A stretch of 64,000 bases of DNA, from contig NC_043008.1 of NCBI RefSeq assembly GCF_006345805.1, positions 20,088,001-20,152,000 of the forward strand. Reading direction: 5' to 3'. The notes beneath the pieces are model-generated. The model saw nothing but the letters and a program-made list of their open reading frames with translations. It made no database searches and was not told the DNA's origin. Below are positions 39,897 through 53,478 of the stretch, piece after piece; position 1 is the first letter of the stretch, and each line of letters opens with the position of its first letter. The translations under genes and the position numbers were made by a program. The DNA comes from Octopus sinensis (taxonomy: Eukaryota).

Positions 39897-39901
39897 ATAT
39901 C

Positions 39902-39936
<35 letters not shown>

Positions 39937-40232
39937 GTGTATGTGTGTGTTTGTGTGTGTGTGTATGCGTGTGTGTTTGTGTGTGTGTATATATAAATGT
40001 ATATATATGTATATGTATATGCATGTATATTTATATACATATATTTATATATATATATGTATATGTATGTATATATATGTATATGTATGTATATATATAT
40101 ATTATATATATATGTATATATATGTATTATATATATATGTATATGTATATGCATGTATATATATATATGTATATATATTATATATGTATATGTATGTGTA
40201 TATATATGTATATATTTGTATATGTATATGTG

Positions 40233-40294
<62 letters not shown>

Positions 40295-40926
40295 TGTGTG
40301 TATACACACATATATATATAGAGAGAGATAAATGGTGCTATAATTTCATTAACTTGTCCCTAAATCTTAGCGGACGTATAATGATTTTTAATTCAATAAT
40401 AAGATTTTAATTACGAAGATAAGGAAATAATGCGAAAAATGTTGTCTTAAGTGGTATATTAAGAAACTTAACAATTGAAACTTGAGAATTATTCCGGTGA
40501 GTAAATCTAGAGCATTCATCTGATGCTCCATCAACTTCACTTAGTCTCTTAGGAAAGGAGGTTTCAATTAAGAGAAAACTAGATATATTTTGCGATTAGC
40601 GAAATGGAAAAGACTTTAAAAAAACGTTAAGCTGCCTATAAGAAATACATGAGCAAGAGTTGTTGGTGGAATCCCAGACGGGAAGAAGTGTTAACCGCAC
40701 GTTTGGTGTGCGGCCCAATAGGACTGAACACAGCAAAAGATGAGAGCAGAAATGCTGAGTGAAAGAGAGCTAAATAGATTTGCAACGCCCTTGCCAACTC
40801 CGAGGCAGGGAGGCCATCATTGAGGGGAAAGTAGAGACATCATGCCTGTGAAGAAGACACTTGAGAATTCTGTGATTGAGTTGCGACTAATAAACCAAGT
40901 AGCTTTGGTCTTTTATATATATATAT

Positions 40927-40957
<31 letters not shown>

Positions 40958-41378
40958 CATGAAACTATGAAACTACCCACGGTTGCAATCGGGTCGATGT
41001 AATCGATGCATTTCTAGTCATCTACCAATAATTTGTTGGCGTCGGATGTATTGCAGAATGGATTAATATAGGTTTAGTAATTGCCAGAGAGGCCAATGAA
41101 TCTACAAACCATCAAGGAAATTTACAAACCAAAAACAACAAAAGAAGGGCCGTAGTGAATAATGCAGTTGCTTGTAAATTCTTACAGTGATTCAAACTGA
41201 AGTATCAGAATTTATTGCGCAAAGTAGAATATTTCTACTTTTGATACACCGAGTGGTTTGCACAATGACATTCGTCACCATCATAAACGTTATGGAAACT
41301 TTCCTGATGCTTCCCGAATGTACATACATAAATACATACATACACACATATATAAATATATGCGTGCGTGTGTGTATG

Positions 41379-41433
<55 letters not shown>

Positions 41434-41615
41434 ATATATATACATGTCTGTATATATATTTGTGTGTATATATATATATTGACATACATACATCTATCTA
41501 TCTAACTATATATATATATATGTGTGTGTATATATACATGTGAGTATATATATTTGTGTGTATATTTATATATATGCATATTTACATCTATCTGTATACA
41601 TATATATGTATACAT

Positions 41616-41648
<33 letters not shown>

Positions 41649-41778
41649 AACATGTATATATATAATATATATATAAACATATATATATATATATATAAAT
41701 ATATATATATAATATATATAATATATATATATATATATAAACATGTATATATATAAATATATATATAAACATATATAT

Positions 41779-41812
<34 letters not shown>

Positions 41813-41813
41813 A

Positions 41814-41899
<86 letters not shown>

Positions 41900-42344
41900 G
41901 TATATATATATATACGTATGTATCCTTGTAATCCCTAACGCGTCAATGTCGATTGTATGGAAAACATAAAAACTAAGCTACGTAAGTCGAAAGTCAATAA
42001 CACAATTAAATTCCATTTAAACAACTTCCTTTTAGCCATGAAGATATCTGAACACATTCGAGCCTGCTATTTACCTTCTTTTATAAACTCCAGGATTTAT
42101 TCTCACCATAAAAAGCAGTCATACATACGTACACACATACGTACATACATGCATGCATACTTACTTATGTGCATACATAAACGCGCAAATGCGATCGCTT
42201 TCACAAATATATGCATAGCTATAGATACACGTGGCTGTGAGCGATTGAGTATACGTGTGTGTCTGCCTTGTGTGTCTTTGTGGACAAACAGGTTGACGTG
42301 TGTGTAGCTCTGTGTGTGTGTGTGCATGTGTGTGTATGTGTGCT

Positions 42345-42378
<34 letters not shown>

Positions 42379-42721
42379 CATGCGTGCGTATGTGTGCGTG
42401 CGTGTGTATCATTACCTTTCTGAAGAGAGGGAAACAGTGCAAATAGAAAAAAAGAGTATAAAATAAAGACTGAATATTTTTCAAAATACTGAAAAAAATA
42501 TAAACGATTTTGATTTCGAAGATTCGCCGTATTAGCAAGTGGTTGAATGTGCCTGTGAGTATATGCATGTGTGTGTATATACATGTGTGTGTCTGTGTGT
42601 GGGTGCGTGTGTGTGTGTTTGTGTGTACATATATACACATGTACATATCTAATCAACTATACATACATACATACATACATACATACATGTATACGTATTG
42701 AAACATATTGAATTATACATC

Positions 42722-42758
<37 letters not shown>

Positions 42759-42812
42759 GAAAATGTGCAATGACTATTACCTATACCATATTATATATAT
42801 ATGTGTGTGTGT

Positions 42813-42847
<35 letters not shown>

Positions 42848-42962
42848 TAGTATGTATGTATGTATATTTCCGTATGCACAAAACTATAGTGGGCTATGTG
42901 CGTATTCCAACAGTAGCGGCAGCATCATTTACAGCCGCGGTCGCAGCACGAAAGCATCAGTT

Positions 42963-43018
<56 letters not shown>
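39835..43018. repeat. Microsatellite-dense zone: (TCTA)n, (TA)n, (TG)n, (TACA)n, (GTA)n
   Basis: Main blocks 39835-40325, 41320-41920, 42290-42400, 42560-42870, 42961-43018. Confidence 0.9.
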
Positions 43019-43019
<1 letters not shown>

Positions 43020-43849
43020 ATTTGTAATAGGAAGATATTTTATATTTCACGTTTTCATCAGAGGAATTTTTCAAAAAAATTTGCTCGTACAGAAATTCTC
43101 TCAGCTGATTTTTACATGATATTCTTGCTACCTCTGTTGTTGATGTTGTTGCTGTTGTTACTGTTGCTGTAGTGTTTTTATTGAAGTTGTTCTCTAATTC
43201 TGGAGCTTTGAAGTATTGCAAACTATGTTTCCACATTGTCTTCGCTTTCTATTGATTTATGTTGTAAAATTGTTCATTAAGACTTTTTTCTATGTCTGAT
43301 TTGATTTCATTTTGAGTATTCTGAAAAATATTGTTGGTTCATAAAATTTCGAATTTAACCGATTATTTGGGAATATAATTAATTTCATAAAGTTACGTAA
43401 GTGGAAATAAATAAAGCGTGATTATGAAGCTCGACCAACAACAAAGACAGTTTTTTTCTAAATCAGTGACTGTGGTTGCTGGGAAAAACATTAAATATTA
43501 TTTGCAAAGATCTCCTTCATCGAAAACCCGTGTTTACCATACGTTGACGAGAGGCAAAAACCTTGAAACTATAGTCCGTATGCATCACTTAGGTTTTCGA
43601 GGGAGGATGACCTCCCTTTCCAAATATCATAAGGGCACAGAAATTGTGTCTAAGGCCAGCTGGGGACGTCGATCTCCTGGGGCTAAAAGCGTCAGTAACA
43701 CCCACCCCCAGTGACTAGCCACATTCAGATTGCTAGTACAATTTACGTTGTTTTATAATAATTTCCAGAATGGACATACTTCGCGACATAGCTCCATATA
43801 CAAAGCCCTTTTCGAAATCTAAGGTAAAACCGGTAAAGTGTATTCCTAT

Positions 43850-44284
43850 ATTTTAAAATATTTCAATTAATTCCAATAATTCTGAGTGTGTTTTCCTCCA
43901 CTTCTTATCAACTTCTATTCTTCCACTTGTTTGTACACCAGCCACATGGATCACAAGAATATGTGCATGACATAGTAATCTTATATCAAGATAAACAGCG
44001 CATGACCTTGCAGGAGGGGCCCAGTTAGAATTATCTTCATGTCGAGTAGACCATCCCACACAAATGGTCCTTGAATAGGGCTGTTTAAAGACGTTGAATG
44101 AGACACCTTTCAAAATGCCTTTCAAAACATAGCTATTATGCTCCCCTACTACTTCTGCACGTAATCGGATATGCACATATCGTCAGTCACTAAGGGACAT
44201 GCTCGTCTGGTTATGGTCAAGCAACTGAAAAGTAAATCTGTGGTAGTGAGCAGAATACTTGCAGTAGCCCATCTTTTATACATG

Positions 44285-44285
<1 letters not shown>
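43850..44285 (-). mobile_element. Leader-like repeat associated with the R4/Dong-like LINE
   Basis: aaaagatgggctactgcaagtattctgctc...gagcatgtccc (minus) recurs at 45150-45260, where it is joined to R4-like N-terminal coding relics. Confidence 0.45.
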
Positions 44286-44347
<62 letters not shown>

Positions 44348-44349
44348 TT

Positions 44350-44702
44350 ATTAACTCCGTCTTAACGAAGGCGGTGGTGTTGTTTCCAGTCTTGTTTGTT
44401 GCTTTCTTTGTTTGTCCTTGGAAAGATAACTCACAAACCACTGGATGGATTCGGATTAAATTTTCAGGAATGTTTGGCATCGTGACCGACAGAAACCGAT
44501 AACATTTTGGGGATTATTTTCCCTGTGTGGTTTTTTTTTTTTTTTTTGAGAGCCGTCTGGTTCATATTTAGTATTTTCGTTTGTGAGAGCAGTCACATTT
44601 ATTTCAGATATTCTCATTTTAAAAATCATCTCCGGCTAATCCTTGAGAGGACGCTGGTGTTGCCTTGGCAGAATGTTTACACTCTCTCAGTGCTCTTATT
44701 TT
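44350..44702. mobile_element. Second Helentron-type non-autonomous element
   Basis: ttaactccgtcttaacgaaggcggtgg (subterminal palindrome)...ctggatggattcggattaaattttcagg...ggcagaatgtttacactctctcagtgctcttatt; inserted next to (ATT)n. Confidence 0.65.
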
Positions 44703-44704
44703 TA

Positions 44705-45270
44705 TTATTATAATTGGCTGAATAATAATCTGATTGATTAAATAGTATGCTTATTTAAGCTGTGTTTAAACCCGAATTTTTTTTTTGAGAGATGGAAATC
44801 ATAACTCCATGTAGATCTTAAATAAATATTAGCTAACAGCAGAAGCTTGGAATGCTATATTTTATATGAGTCCCTTTCTGGAACCCTTCTATAATTTTAG
44901 TTACTTTCTTTGTTACATATCTCTCCTTTGCTTTTATGTTATTTTCATAAGAAGACCTTTCAGTTATTTATTCACAGACATTTGCTTGGATCTTGAGAGT
45001 ATATTTGAGTAAATCTGCTGATATATTGACTTCCCTACTTATCCACAATGACTGCCACTTATATTATTTAATTCTTGCTAAAAATATTGATATTTGTATT
45101 TGTTTTAACCCAATCTACAATGGTGGTTCTCAGTTTTCCATTTTTATGGGACATGCTCAATTGATTAAGGTCAAATAACTGACAAACAAATATGTAGTAT
45201 TGAGCAGAATATATGCTGTAGCCCATCTTTTATTCCAAGATGAAGCAATGTACATGATATGACTTTCAAT
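44705..45270 (-). mobile_element. R4/Dong-like LINE relic (leader plus N-terminal ORF region)
   Basis: 44710-45130 aligns with 55110-55540, which is contiguous with a restriction-like endonuclease relic. Confidence 0.6.
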
Positions 45271-45279
45271 CAATAATTT

Positions 45280-45293
45280 TATTATTATTTTTA

Positions 45294-45342
<49 letters not shown>

Positions 45343-45482
45343 GGTTATTATCATTATTATTATTATTATTATTGTTGTTGTTGTTATTATAATTATTGTT
45401 TTTGTTGTTTTTGTTGCTGCCGGTGCTGCTGTTGTTATTATTATTATTTATTATTATTATTATATTATTATTATTTTTATTA

Positions 45483-45525
<43 letters not shown>

Positions 45526-45690
45526 TATGGTTATTATCATTATTATTATTATTATTATTGTTGTTGTTGTTATTATAATTATTGTTTTTGTTGTTTTTGT
45601 TGCTGCCGGTGCTGCTGTTGTTATTATTATTATTATCATTATTATTATTATATTATTATTATTTTTATTATTATTATTATTGTCATTGGC
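45280..45690. repeat. (ATT)/(GTT) triplet repeat with a 186-bp period duplication
   Basis: atggttattatcatt...gttgctgccggtgctgctgttg at 45341 and again at 45527. Confidence 0.9.
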
Positions 45691-46257
45691 AAACTGTGCT
45701 GTATCTTTCCTGAACAATTCACTTATGTTTGGTTACGAGGCAGTTTATATGAGTTCCATGTTAGTTACATATTGCTATTATGAAATGTTCCTTCTTACTG
45801 GACATAAAACATAAGTGCTTTGTACGCTATTACCATTCAATCTACAGGAATGCATTCACATTTTATGTAAGGATGTGACCAAAAAAACAAAAAAAATACG
45901 CTTTTTATTCGAAACTTCTTTGTTTTATATATGTTGTATTTTTCTTTTTCAAAAATCGTTCGTTTCCATTTCCAACCTAAATATTTCAGGTTATATAAAT
46001 TGAAATATGTGTCTTGTATGTTAAGTATTAACATTTATTTTCGGCATAGTATGAAATTTACGTACTTATTGATAGCGTTCACATGTAATAATTCTAAAGT
46101 TTATATTCCACTGTCTAATATAACTTTTTCTCTATCTCCATTCAATTTCTTACATATATACATAAGATTTTAAATTTCTCGGGTAATATTTGATTCTGCT
46201 CTTCAAATATGTACAAAATATTTAGCACATATACATACACATCTTTCTCTCACTGGT

Positions 46258-46585
46258 ACTTAGTTCAGTCATTTCTTTACGACCATACTGGTGCACCGCT
46301 TTGAAGAATTTTAGTACAATGAATCGACCGCAGAATTTTTTTTTTTCTTAAGCCTTGTAATTACTCTGTATTCACTTTTGTCCAACCGCTTAGTTATGGT
46401 GACGTATGCACATCAACAGCGGCTGTCAAGCGGTTGAAGGGGGACAAACCGAGGCACACACACACACCACACACACATATATATGTACATATATATGCTA
46501 TGGGCTATATATTACAGTTTCCATCAACCAAATACACTCACAAGCATTTGGTGGGGCCGAGGCCATAGACACAGACATTTGCCCA
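46258..46585 (-). mobile_element. SINE family B, old copy, head replaced by a family A insertion
   Basis: Tail and centre recognisable; abuts family A at 46586. Confidence 0.7.
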
Positions 46586-46970
46586 GAGAGGACAAACAAG
46601 GACAGACAAAGGGATTAAGTCGATTACATCGAGCCCAGTGCGTAACTGGTACTTAATTTATTGATCCCAAAAGGATGAAAGGCAAAGTGGACCTCGCCGG
46701 AATTTGAACTCAGGACGTAACGTCAGACGAAATACTTATTTCTTTACTACCCACAAGGAGCTAAACACAGAGGGGACAAACACAGACTGACAAACGGATT
46801 AAGTCGATTACATTGACCCCAGTGCTTAACTGGTACTTAATTTATCGACCCCGAAAGGATAAAAGGCAAAGTCGACCTCGGCGGAATTTGAACTCAGAAC
46901 GCAGCGGCAGTCGAAATACTGCTAAGCATTTCACCCGGCGTGCTAACGTTTCTGCCAGCTCGCCGCCTTA
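46586..46970 (-). mobile_element. SINE family A dimer
   Basis: Two reverse monomers, junction near 46735. Confidence 0.9.
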
Positions 46971-46999
46971 AGCAATCTTCTTACAGCACAGCCATGCCT

Positions 47000-48192
47000 G
47001 CGCCTATTAATATTCAGAATAAGCAACAGCGTCTGTTTCATCTACCAAGTGTTGAAAAACATATTGTTTCCTATTATTTAAAGTTATCCAACTGTCTGTC
47101 CTAACGTTCCAGCAAGGAAAGTTGTGCTTCTGCCTATGACCCAAATATCCCGCTTGTAAATTTGACAAAATGCCGCCCTGACAGAGCAAGCGCGTAGGAC
47201 AGTGCCGAAGACGTAGTTGTTACTCGTTGTTAACGTTTAGATTTCATGATCAGAGCTTCAGCTGGAATACAAGTTCACGTGTGCTTCCCGTTCATATACA
47301 CTTTGGGTTAGTGTGTTCAGTGGCAGCACATTTTGTCGTTGATTTTCGACTGTCGCAGAGGATTCGTTGACTTAATCACCGGCATTTGTCGGAGCAGACG
47401 TAGATTGGGTTTGAACCGAATGGTACACATGCTACTTAACTCATAGCTGGAACCCTAACAAGAGCTTTTACTCCGGGTCAGAATAGACCTATGAACAATC
47501 ACGGCTAACACGTAGAACTCCCATACCATTGTTCCACTACCGAATTGAGTGTGAATTCTTATGCAAGACACCAATTTCATTATCGTGGGATATGAAATGA
47601 AACGCGCATGGCAGTAACGTTTTCTTCTGACAACTGATGTATCGCTTCTGGTGTGTTTTAAGGATTCATGTGTTGTGTAGTGTACATGAATTATACAGGG
47701 ATTTAAATAGTTTCATTGTGATTCCATAGAAAATGTATCAGTCTTGAGATGCACTCAGGACACCCGTTTGTAAATCATACAGCATTGTTGATATGTCTGA
47801 TAACAACTACTGTCATACAGATGAGGAATCTTGCGATATTTGTCGGCGAAGAAATGGTAGCTTTTCTGTGTTTGTGTCTGGTGGTTATGCCGAAAGGGAT
47901 TGGGTGATAGACGCCAACGAAAGAACTGAAAACAGACACTATTTCCTCGAAGCCCTTATGAACTTTTCAAATTCCATTTGGATAGATACGTAAAGGTGTA
48001 CAAGGATGTAATGCCACCATAAGATTTGTAAAAATGTAGGCGATAACTGTGAGAAAGTTCCGAGTGAATGAATCTACTTTAAGCATGCAACTTTAGGCTG
48101 AAATGTACGGAAACGAAAGAACCAATTGCTATCGTTTTCTTGTTGAGAAGAGTGACTCGTGATACGTGGCGTTCCTTTGACGACCCTGTGTA
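47000..48192 (-). mobile_element. Possible decayed Tc1/mariner fragments
   Basis: TIR-like ends gacgaccctgtgta (about 48180-48192) and ggacacccgtttgta (about 47759-47773); weak HTH-region similarity only. Confidence 0.25.
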
Positions 48193-48369
48193 GCGGTTCC
48201 CTCATATATGTAAATCTTGATGTAATTCGCTTGTTGTTATCGTTTCTTCTATTGGTTGCACGTATTTATGTAAATCCCCTATTTTACCCGTTACTTTGTG
48301 TTTTTGGTTGGCAATTTGTGTTTTTCAGCCCTCTTGACCAATAAGATATTATTGCTAATATCATTTGTA

Positions 48370-48604
48370 GAAGTAACAGTAGTAGTAGAATCAGCAGTAG
48401 TAGTAGTAGTTGAAATAGTAGTAGTAGTAGTAGTAGTAGTAGTAGAAGAAGTAGTAGTGGTAGTGGTGGCGTTGGTGATATGGTGGTAGTAGTAGAATAG
48501 TAGAAGTAGTAGTAGTAGTGAAGGAGGAGGTACAGCAGCAGTAGCACTAAAACGAGTAGTATTAAGAGTAACGATAGGAGCACTGTAAACATCAGCAGCA
48601 GTTT

Positions 48605-48636
<32 letters not shown>

Positions 48637-48750
48637 CGTGGGTGTTTTGGTTGTGGTGGTGGTGGTTTTGGTGATGGTGGCTGTAGTAATAGTTGTAGAA
48701 GTAATAGTAGTAGATGAGGAGGAGCAGCAGGAAGAGGAGAGGAGAGGAAG
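48370..48750. repeat. (GTA)/(GGT)/(GGA) triplet repeat cluster
   Basis: Read directly; source of poly-T/V/L ORFs. Confidence 0.9.
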
Positions 48751-49558
48751 ACGTGGAGTGTTTCTTTTCTCAGCAAGACGTGTTACGGATCGCTCGTGCG
48801 ATTACAAAAATTTCATCGGATTACATGCTAAGCCGAACGGAATTTTTGCGTGAACTGTGTTCAGAGAGGTGGCTTTGTATTTCTGGTAATTTTCCCATTT
48901 GGAGAAAAATAAACTTTAAATCCCTGAACAAATTATTTCTTTCTCCAACAAGTATTTCAGCCATGGCAACTAATGTATTTAAACGCCTCCATTCTTACGA
49001 CAAACAACGAGCAAAAATATGCCTGTGAACAAAGTAACACAGACAGAAAATACGCGCACACACATAGACAGTTACTCACATGTGCACAAAAATATCGTCA
49101 GTTGAATTTTTTCGAAGGAAATAATAAAAAATATTCATTTTTGTTCCTTTAGCCAGGAGCAAGGAAGTACGAATGATAATGATCAACCATATAATAACAC
49201 GGCAGAGTTATGTGTCTAAATGAATCTACCCTGCCTAAAACTCATTTCCAGGCAAAGGAATAAGCTATAGCTGTTTCGTAAACAACGGAGGCGATTTTGC
49301 GCTGCTCTCACAAGAATATTTTAAGGAAAATACGGTGAAGCATAGGAAGATGTATTTTTCATAGAAAAGGGCAAAGCATGGAATTATCTGCCTGATATTA
49401 AGTAATCATGACAAGGCGAAGCGACATTTCGAAGTAGTAGTTTACATGCAAACCCTTACCTGTGTCAGATAACATGAACCAGTGCAAAACAAGAGTTAAA
49501 GATATATTAGCATTGGTAGTGTAATTAGCCTCGTTTGGTGCAAATTCTGTAACAGAAT

Positions 49559-49860
49559 GCTTGTTCCTTCTTGAGCCACGCCTGGTTCATAAGGGCAGGT
49601 TTCCCGGTTTCCTTGGCGTATAGGTTCCCCACCTGGACAGGACGCCGGTCCATCGCAGGTGAGCTGCAAGATGCAGGAGGAAACAGTGAGAGAAAGTTGT
49701 GGCGAAAGTGTCAGCAGAAGTTCGCCATTGCCTTCTGCCGGAGCCGCGTGGAGCTTAGGTGTCTCGCTCATAAACAGACACATTGCCAGGTCTGAGATTC
49801 GAACCCGCGATCCCTCGACTGCAAGTCCGCTGCTCTAACCACTAGGTTATTTGCCTCCAC
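49559..49860 (-). mobile_element. tRNA-derived SINE family D
   Basis: GTGGAGGCAAATAACCTAGTGGTTAGAGCAGCGGAC...GGGTTCGAATCTCAGACC head; matches 52951-53254. Confidence 0.88.
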
Positions 49861-52209
49861 TGTATCGGAATACGTGGAGGTAAAAAGAAATGATAATTTG
49901 TGGCAAATGTCAATTTAAATTTCGAGGAGTTTCATTCTTTCAGAATCGGAAGAAGGGAAAATCAAAGTTGACTTCGAAGGGATTTCAATTTTATGAAATC
50001 AACGCCACTGATTGGTTGGCAGTTTGTTTTATGAGTTCTGAAACGAGGAAAAGCAAAGTCGATATTAGCAAGAGTTTATCCCAGCAAAATGTTTGCCTTG
50101 CTTTCATTTTGTACCAATCCATTGCACATCATTGTTTCGAATTTAGGCATAAGACAACAATGTGGAAGAAGGGAGATAAGTGGAGCCTAGCAAGCCAAAT
50201 ACTTGGCTGCTACTCAATGATATCAATGCTGAAATGATGGTGTATAATGATAACACCAGCGATGAAGGGCCGGAACAAATACCGCGAGGCATTTTCCTTG
50301 TGTTTATAGATTCTGACTGCTCACCACTTTTAAACACCAGCAAAGAAATAAGAGACATCATTTCATGGCTACAATATTCACTTGACTTTACAGAAGAACA
50401 AATAAAATTAAGACATATTCGTATCAAAGGTCTCTGAGTTAAATGAATCTGATTGTTGAAAAAGCAGCTAAATTTCACTTATTTCACAAATTAAAGAAAT
50501 TATAAGCCCCATAGTTTAAGAGATCCCCGGAGAGATTATGTTATGAAACATAGTGGATGATGAGATGTCGAACAGATATGGTTCTAGGCCTTCTCAAGTA
50601 GGTCTACCTAGAGTTGAATACATATCTGAAATATGGAAATGTACCACGAGGCGTGTGAATGTTTTTGAGCCAGGAAGAATCAATGAACTTTTTGTCTGGA
50701 AATGAAGCTTTAACTCTCAAATACTATATAAATTGCACGAAATGTGTAAATGTGCAACTCACAATATATCACTGTTATATTTGTGGATATTTGTGGAAAG
50801 ATTTGGACATTTTAAAAACTGGTTGACACCTTCCTAAGCAGAAAACAGAAACCTTTGATAACTTCAAAATCACATAAAATTGGGAATTGTTGGTGGGTAG
50901 AATACGACGGCCACAACGTAAGCTTATTTGCATTTTCTATTCGTATTGTAAATTGATGATTTACTCATAATTAATCTCCTTATATTTCTAATATTAGGAA
51001 CACCTTTCACTTGCGTATTTCGTCTTGCAAACACGTCCAAATAGCTTTCAGTCTTTTTCTAATTCCTCTGCATCAACTTGGTTGATTGAACATATGCGAA
51101 TGATCAAACACATCAGATACAACATATAAAGCAACATCCGTTTATAAATATATGCAATCACTCGTTTTAATGTCCAGTTACAATTACTACGCAAAGGACA
51201 TACATTTGAGGAAGTCAAAGCAGTGACACTTGGAGAAGATGGCTTAAGGTCAATATAACCGCACGGTGTTACACAGATCGCATAGTTTACTGCACCTGAT
51301 TTTGAAAGACTATTACCAAATCACTATATTATGTTATATCGTACAAATATAATGTTAATACTACCAGCTGATTTGTATGTCATGTACTGTAAGGATCGTA
51401 CGACTACATCTGCTTAGCTATTTGCTATGATTTCTCTACTACTTCGGAGAGTATTGTTGTTTTTCCAATTGGGAAAATAGTTTTCGAAAATATATCTCCA
51501 TAAGTTATTTCAGATGGGTATATGATACCAACAACAAATAATCTAGTGAATGCAACCATCAAGACTGTTATATTTCCCTAATTGTTCAATCGCTGCATTG
51601 GAGACAGCGTAGTTACATAATCAATATCCATGTCAAAATCTACAATACGAAGCTTCCAATATATTTTGACATTCCGAAAACTGCGTTCTCAAAATGTTTG
51701 GCGATAAAGCACTAGCACTGTGCTGTAATTATCTCCCGGTTGTATTGTGCAACTTGAATATTCCATGTATACGAATAAGGTGTCAACATAAGTGTACATT
51801 CTTTCAGTTTTCTGGAGACATTTTCCATGGAGAAGGATATTTGATTGGAATTATTTAGTTTGGTTGTTTTTATGTCTATTTTCCTGTTTTGTGTCACATC
51901 TCCATTCCTTTCGAATTACATGGTATTAAAAATATCTATCTGTAATGCTTCATATTGACGGTTCAGCCACCCTATTGAATTGAGGTGATAACTGTAATAA
52001 AAATGCAAAGGAATCGTCTCTTGTATCAGTTAAAATCAGATTCCAAGGCGTTATTTACAAATTAAAGCCTATAAATGTCTGATTTGAAATCTTAATTTTC
52101 TGGTTTGGTTAGCAATTCTATAGATTTTATAATGTTTCCTATTGCTTAAACGGGGGCCCTGAAAAACTAGAAACTAATTTTTTTCATAAGAATAAAAAAG
52201 ATAAACGTC

Positions 52210-52434
52210 GCCCTTTTCTAGCCGAGCCAGGCTCATAGGCGCGGTTTCACGAGTTCTGTGGCGTATGTGTTCGCCCCAGCTGGACGGGACGCCAGTCCAC
52301 CCCTTGCCGGAGCCTCGTGGAGCTTTTAGATGTTTTCGCTCAATAAACACACAACAACGCCCGATCTGAGAATCGAAATCACGATCCTCCGACCGCGAGT
52401 CCGCTGCTCTAGCCTCTGTGCCATTGCGCCTCCA
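52210..52434 (-). mobile_element. SINE family C with internal deletion
   Basis: Head and tail as in 24851-25143; centre joined at cagtcca|ccccttgccgg. Confidence 0.85.
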
Positions 52435-52950
52435 CAATTGTTTAATAATGAAAGCATAATACTCGCATTTACTTTAAACGTCTTCTGCAGGCTGCTCTGA
52501 ATTCTGATAATATCGTTATATGCTGTTTCTGGTTCCTCTACGACTACCAACGAAATACTTACATTAATGAAGAAAGCTCAGTCCAGACATAGGGGCTGCT
52601 ACTATTATCAGGTAAATCACATTCAAATTTTCTGCTTTTGTCTTAAAATGAATAAATCTGACGACTAAAGTACTTCTTAATATAATATGCTAGAGAAGAG
52701 ATGGATTTCTGATTGAATGTTGATTGGAAAATTATGTTCAACATACATTGATATATGTTTCAAATTAACATATGGGCGCCAATGGACATGCAATTGTTCC
52801 CTCTAAATATTCTCACATGTATAGTATCAACGAAGAAGCATTACAAAGTAAGCCACAAATGCATAACATTTGAGGAAAATGCAGTAACAATGACTGTAAG
52901 AGCAGTCAATAACGATAATGATAACAATAAAGGCAATGATTATCATCATG

Positions 52951-53254
52951 TTTGTTTGTTCCTTCTCGAGCCATGCCTGTCTCATTAGGGCCGATTTCCC
53001 GGTTTCCTTGGCGGATAGGTTCCCCACCTGGACGGGTCGACGGTCCGTTGCAGGTGAGCTGCAAGATACTGGAGGAAAGAATGAGAGAAAGTTGTGGCGA
53101 AAGATTCAGCAGAAGTTCGCCATTACCTTCTGCCGGAGCCGAGTGGAGCTTATGTGTTGCGCTCATAAACACACACATCACACGGTATGAGATTCGAACC
53201 CACGATCCCTCGACCACCAGTCCGCTGCTCTAACCACTAGGTGATGTGCCTCCA
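52951..53254 (-). mobile_element. SINE family D
   Basis: Aligns along its length with 49559-49860. Confidence 0.88.
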
Positions 53255-53264
53255 CAAAATAAAT

Positions 53265-53478
53265 GCGCCCTTTTAAAGCCTAGCCAGGCTCATGGGCCCG
53301 GTTTCCCGGTTTCCCAGTCCATCACAGCGTTACTCATCTTTGCCAGCTGAGTGGACTGGAGCAAGGTGAAATGAAGTGTTTTGCTCTAGAACACAATGCG
53401 TCGCCCGGTCCAGGAATCGAAACCACAATCTTACGATCATGGTGCTGACACCCTAACCACTGAGCCACGCGCCTCCAC
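53265..53478 (-). mobile_element. SINE family E head with a family C-type tail
   Basis: GTGGAGGCGCGTGGCTCAGTGGTTAGGGTG...GGTTTCGATTCCTGGACC...TGTGTTCTAGAGCAAAACACTTC; tail GAAACCGGGCCCATGAGCCTGGCTAGGCTTTAAAAGGG. Confidence 0.85.

Noticed and set aside
43030-43070. CTGATGA-AAACGT-GAAA on the minus strand
   Set aside because: No stem II and no helix I complement; chance core match.
48774-48890. Candidate exon after tttcttttctcag, and a lone donor CAA|GTAAGT at 57771
   Set aside because: Single splice-like signals without a recognisable product or partner site.
4054-53478. tRNA genes
   Set aside because: A/B boxes belong to SINE heads; no complete cloverleaf with acceptor stem.
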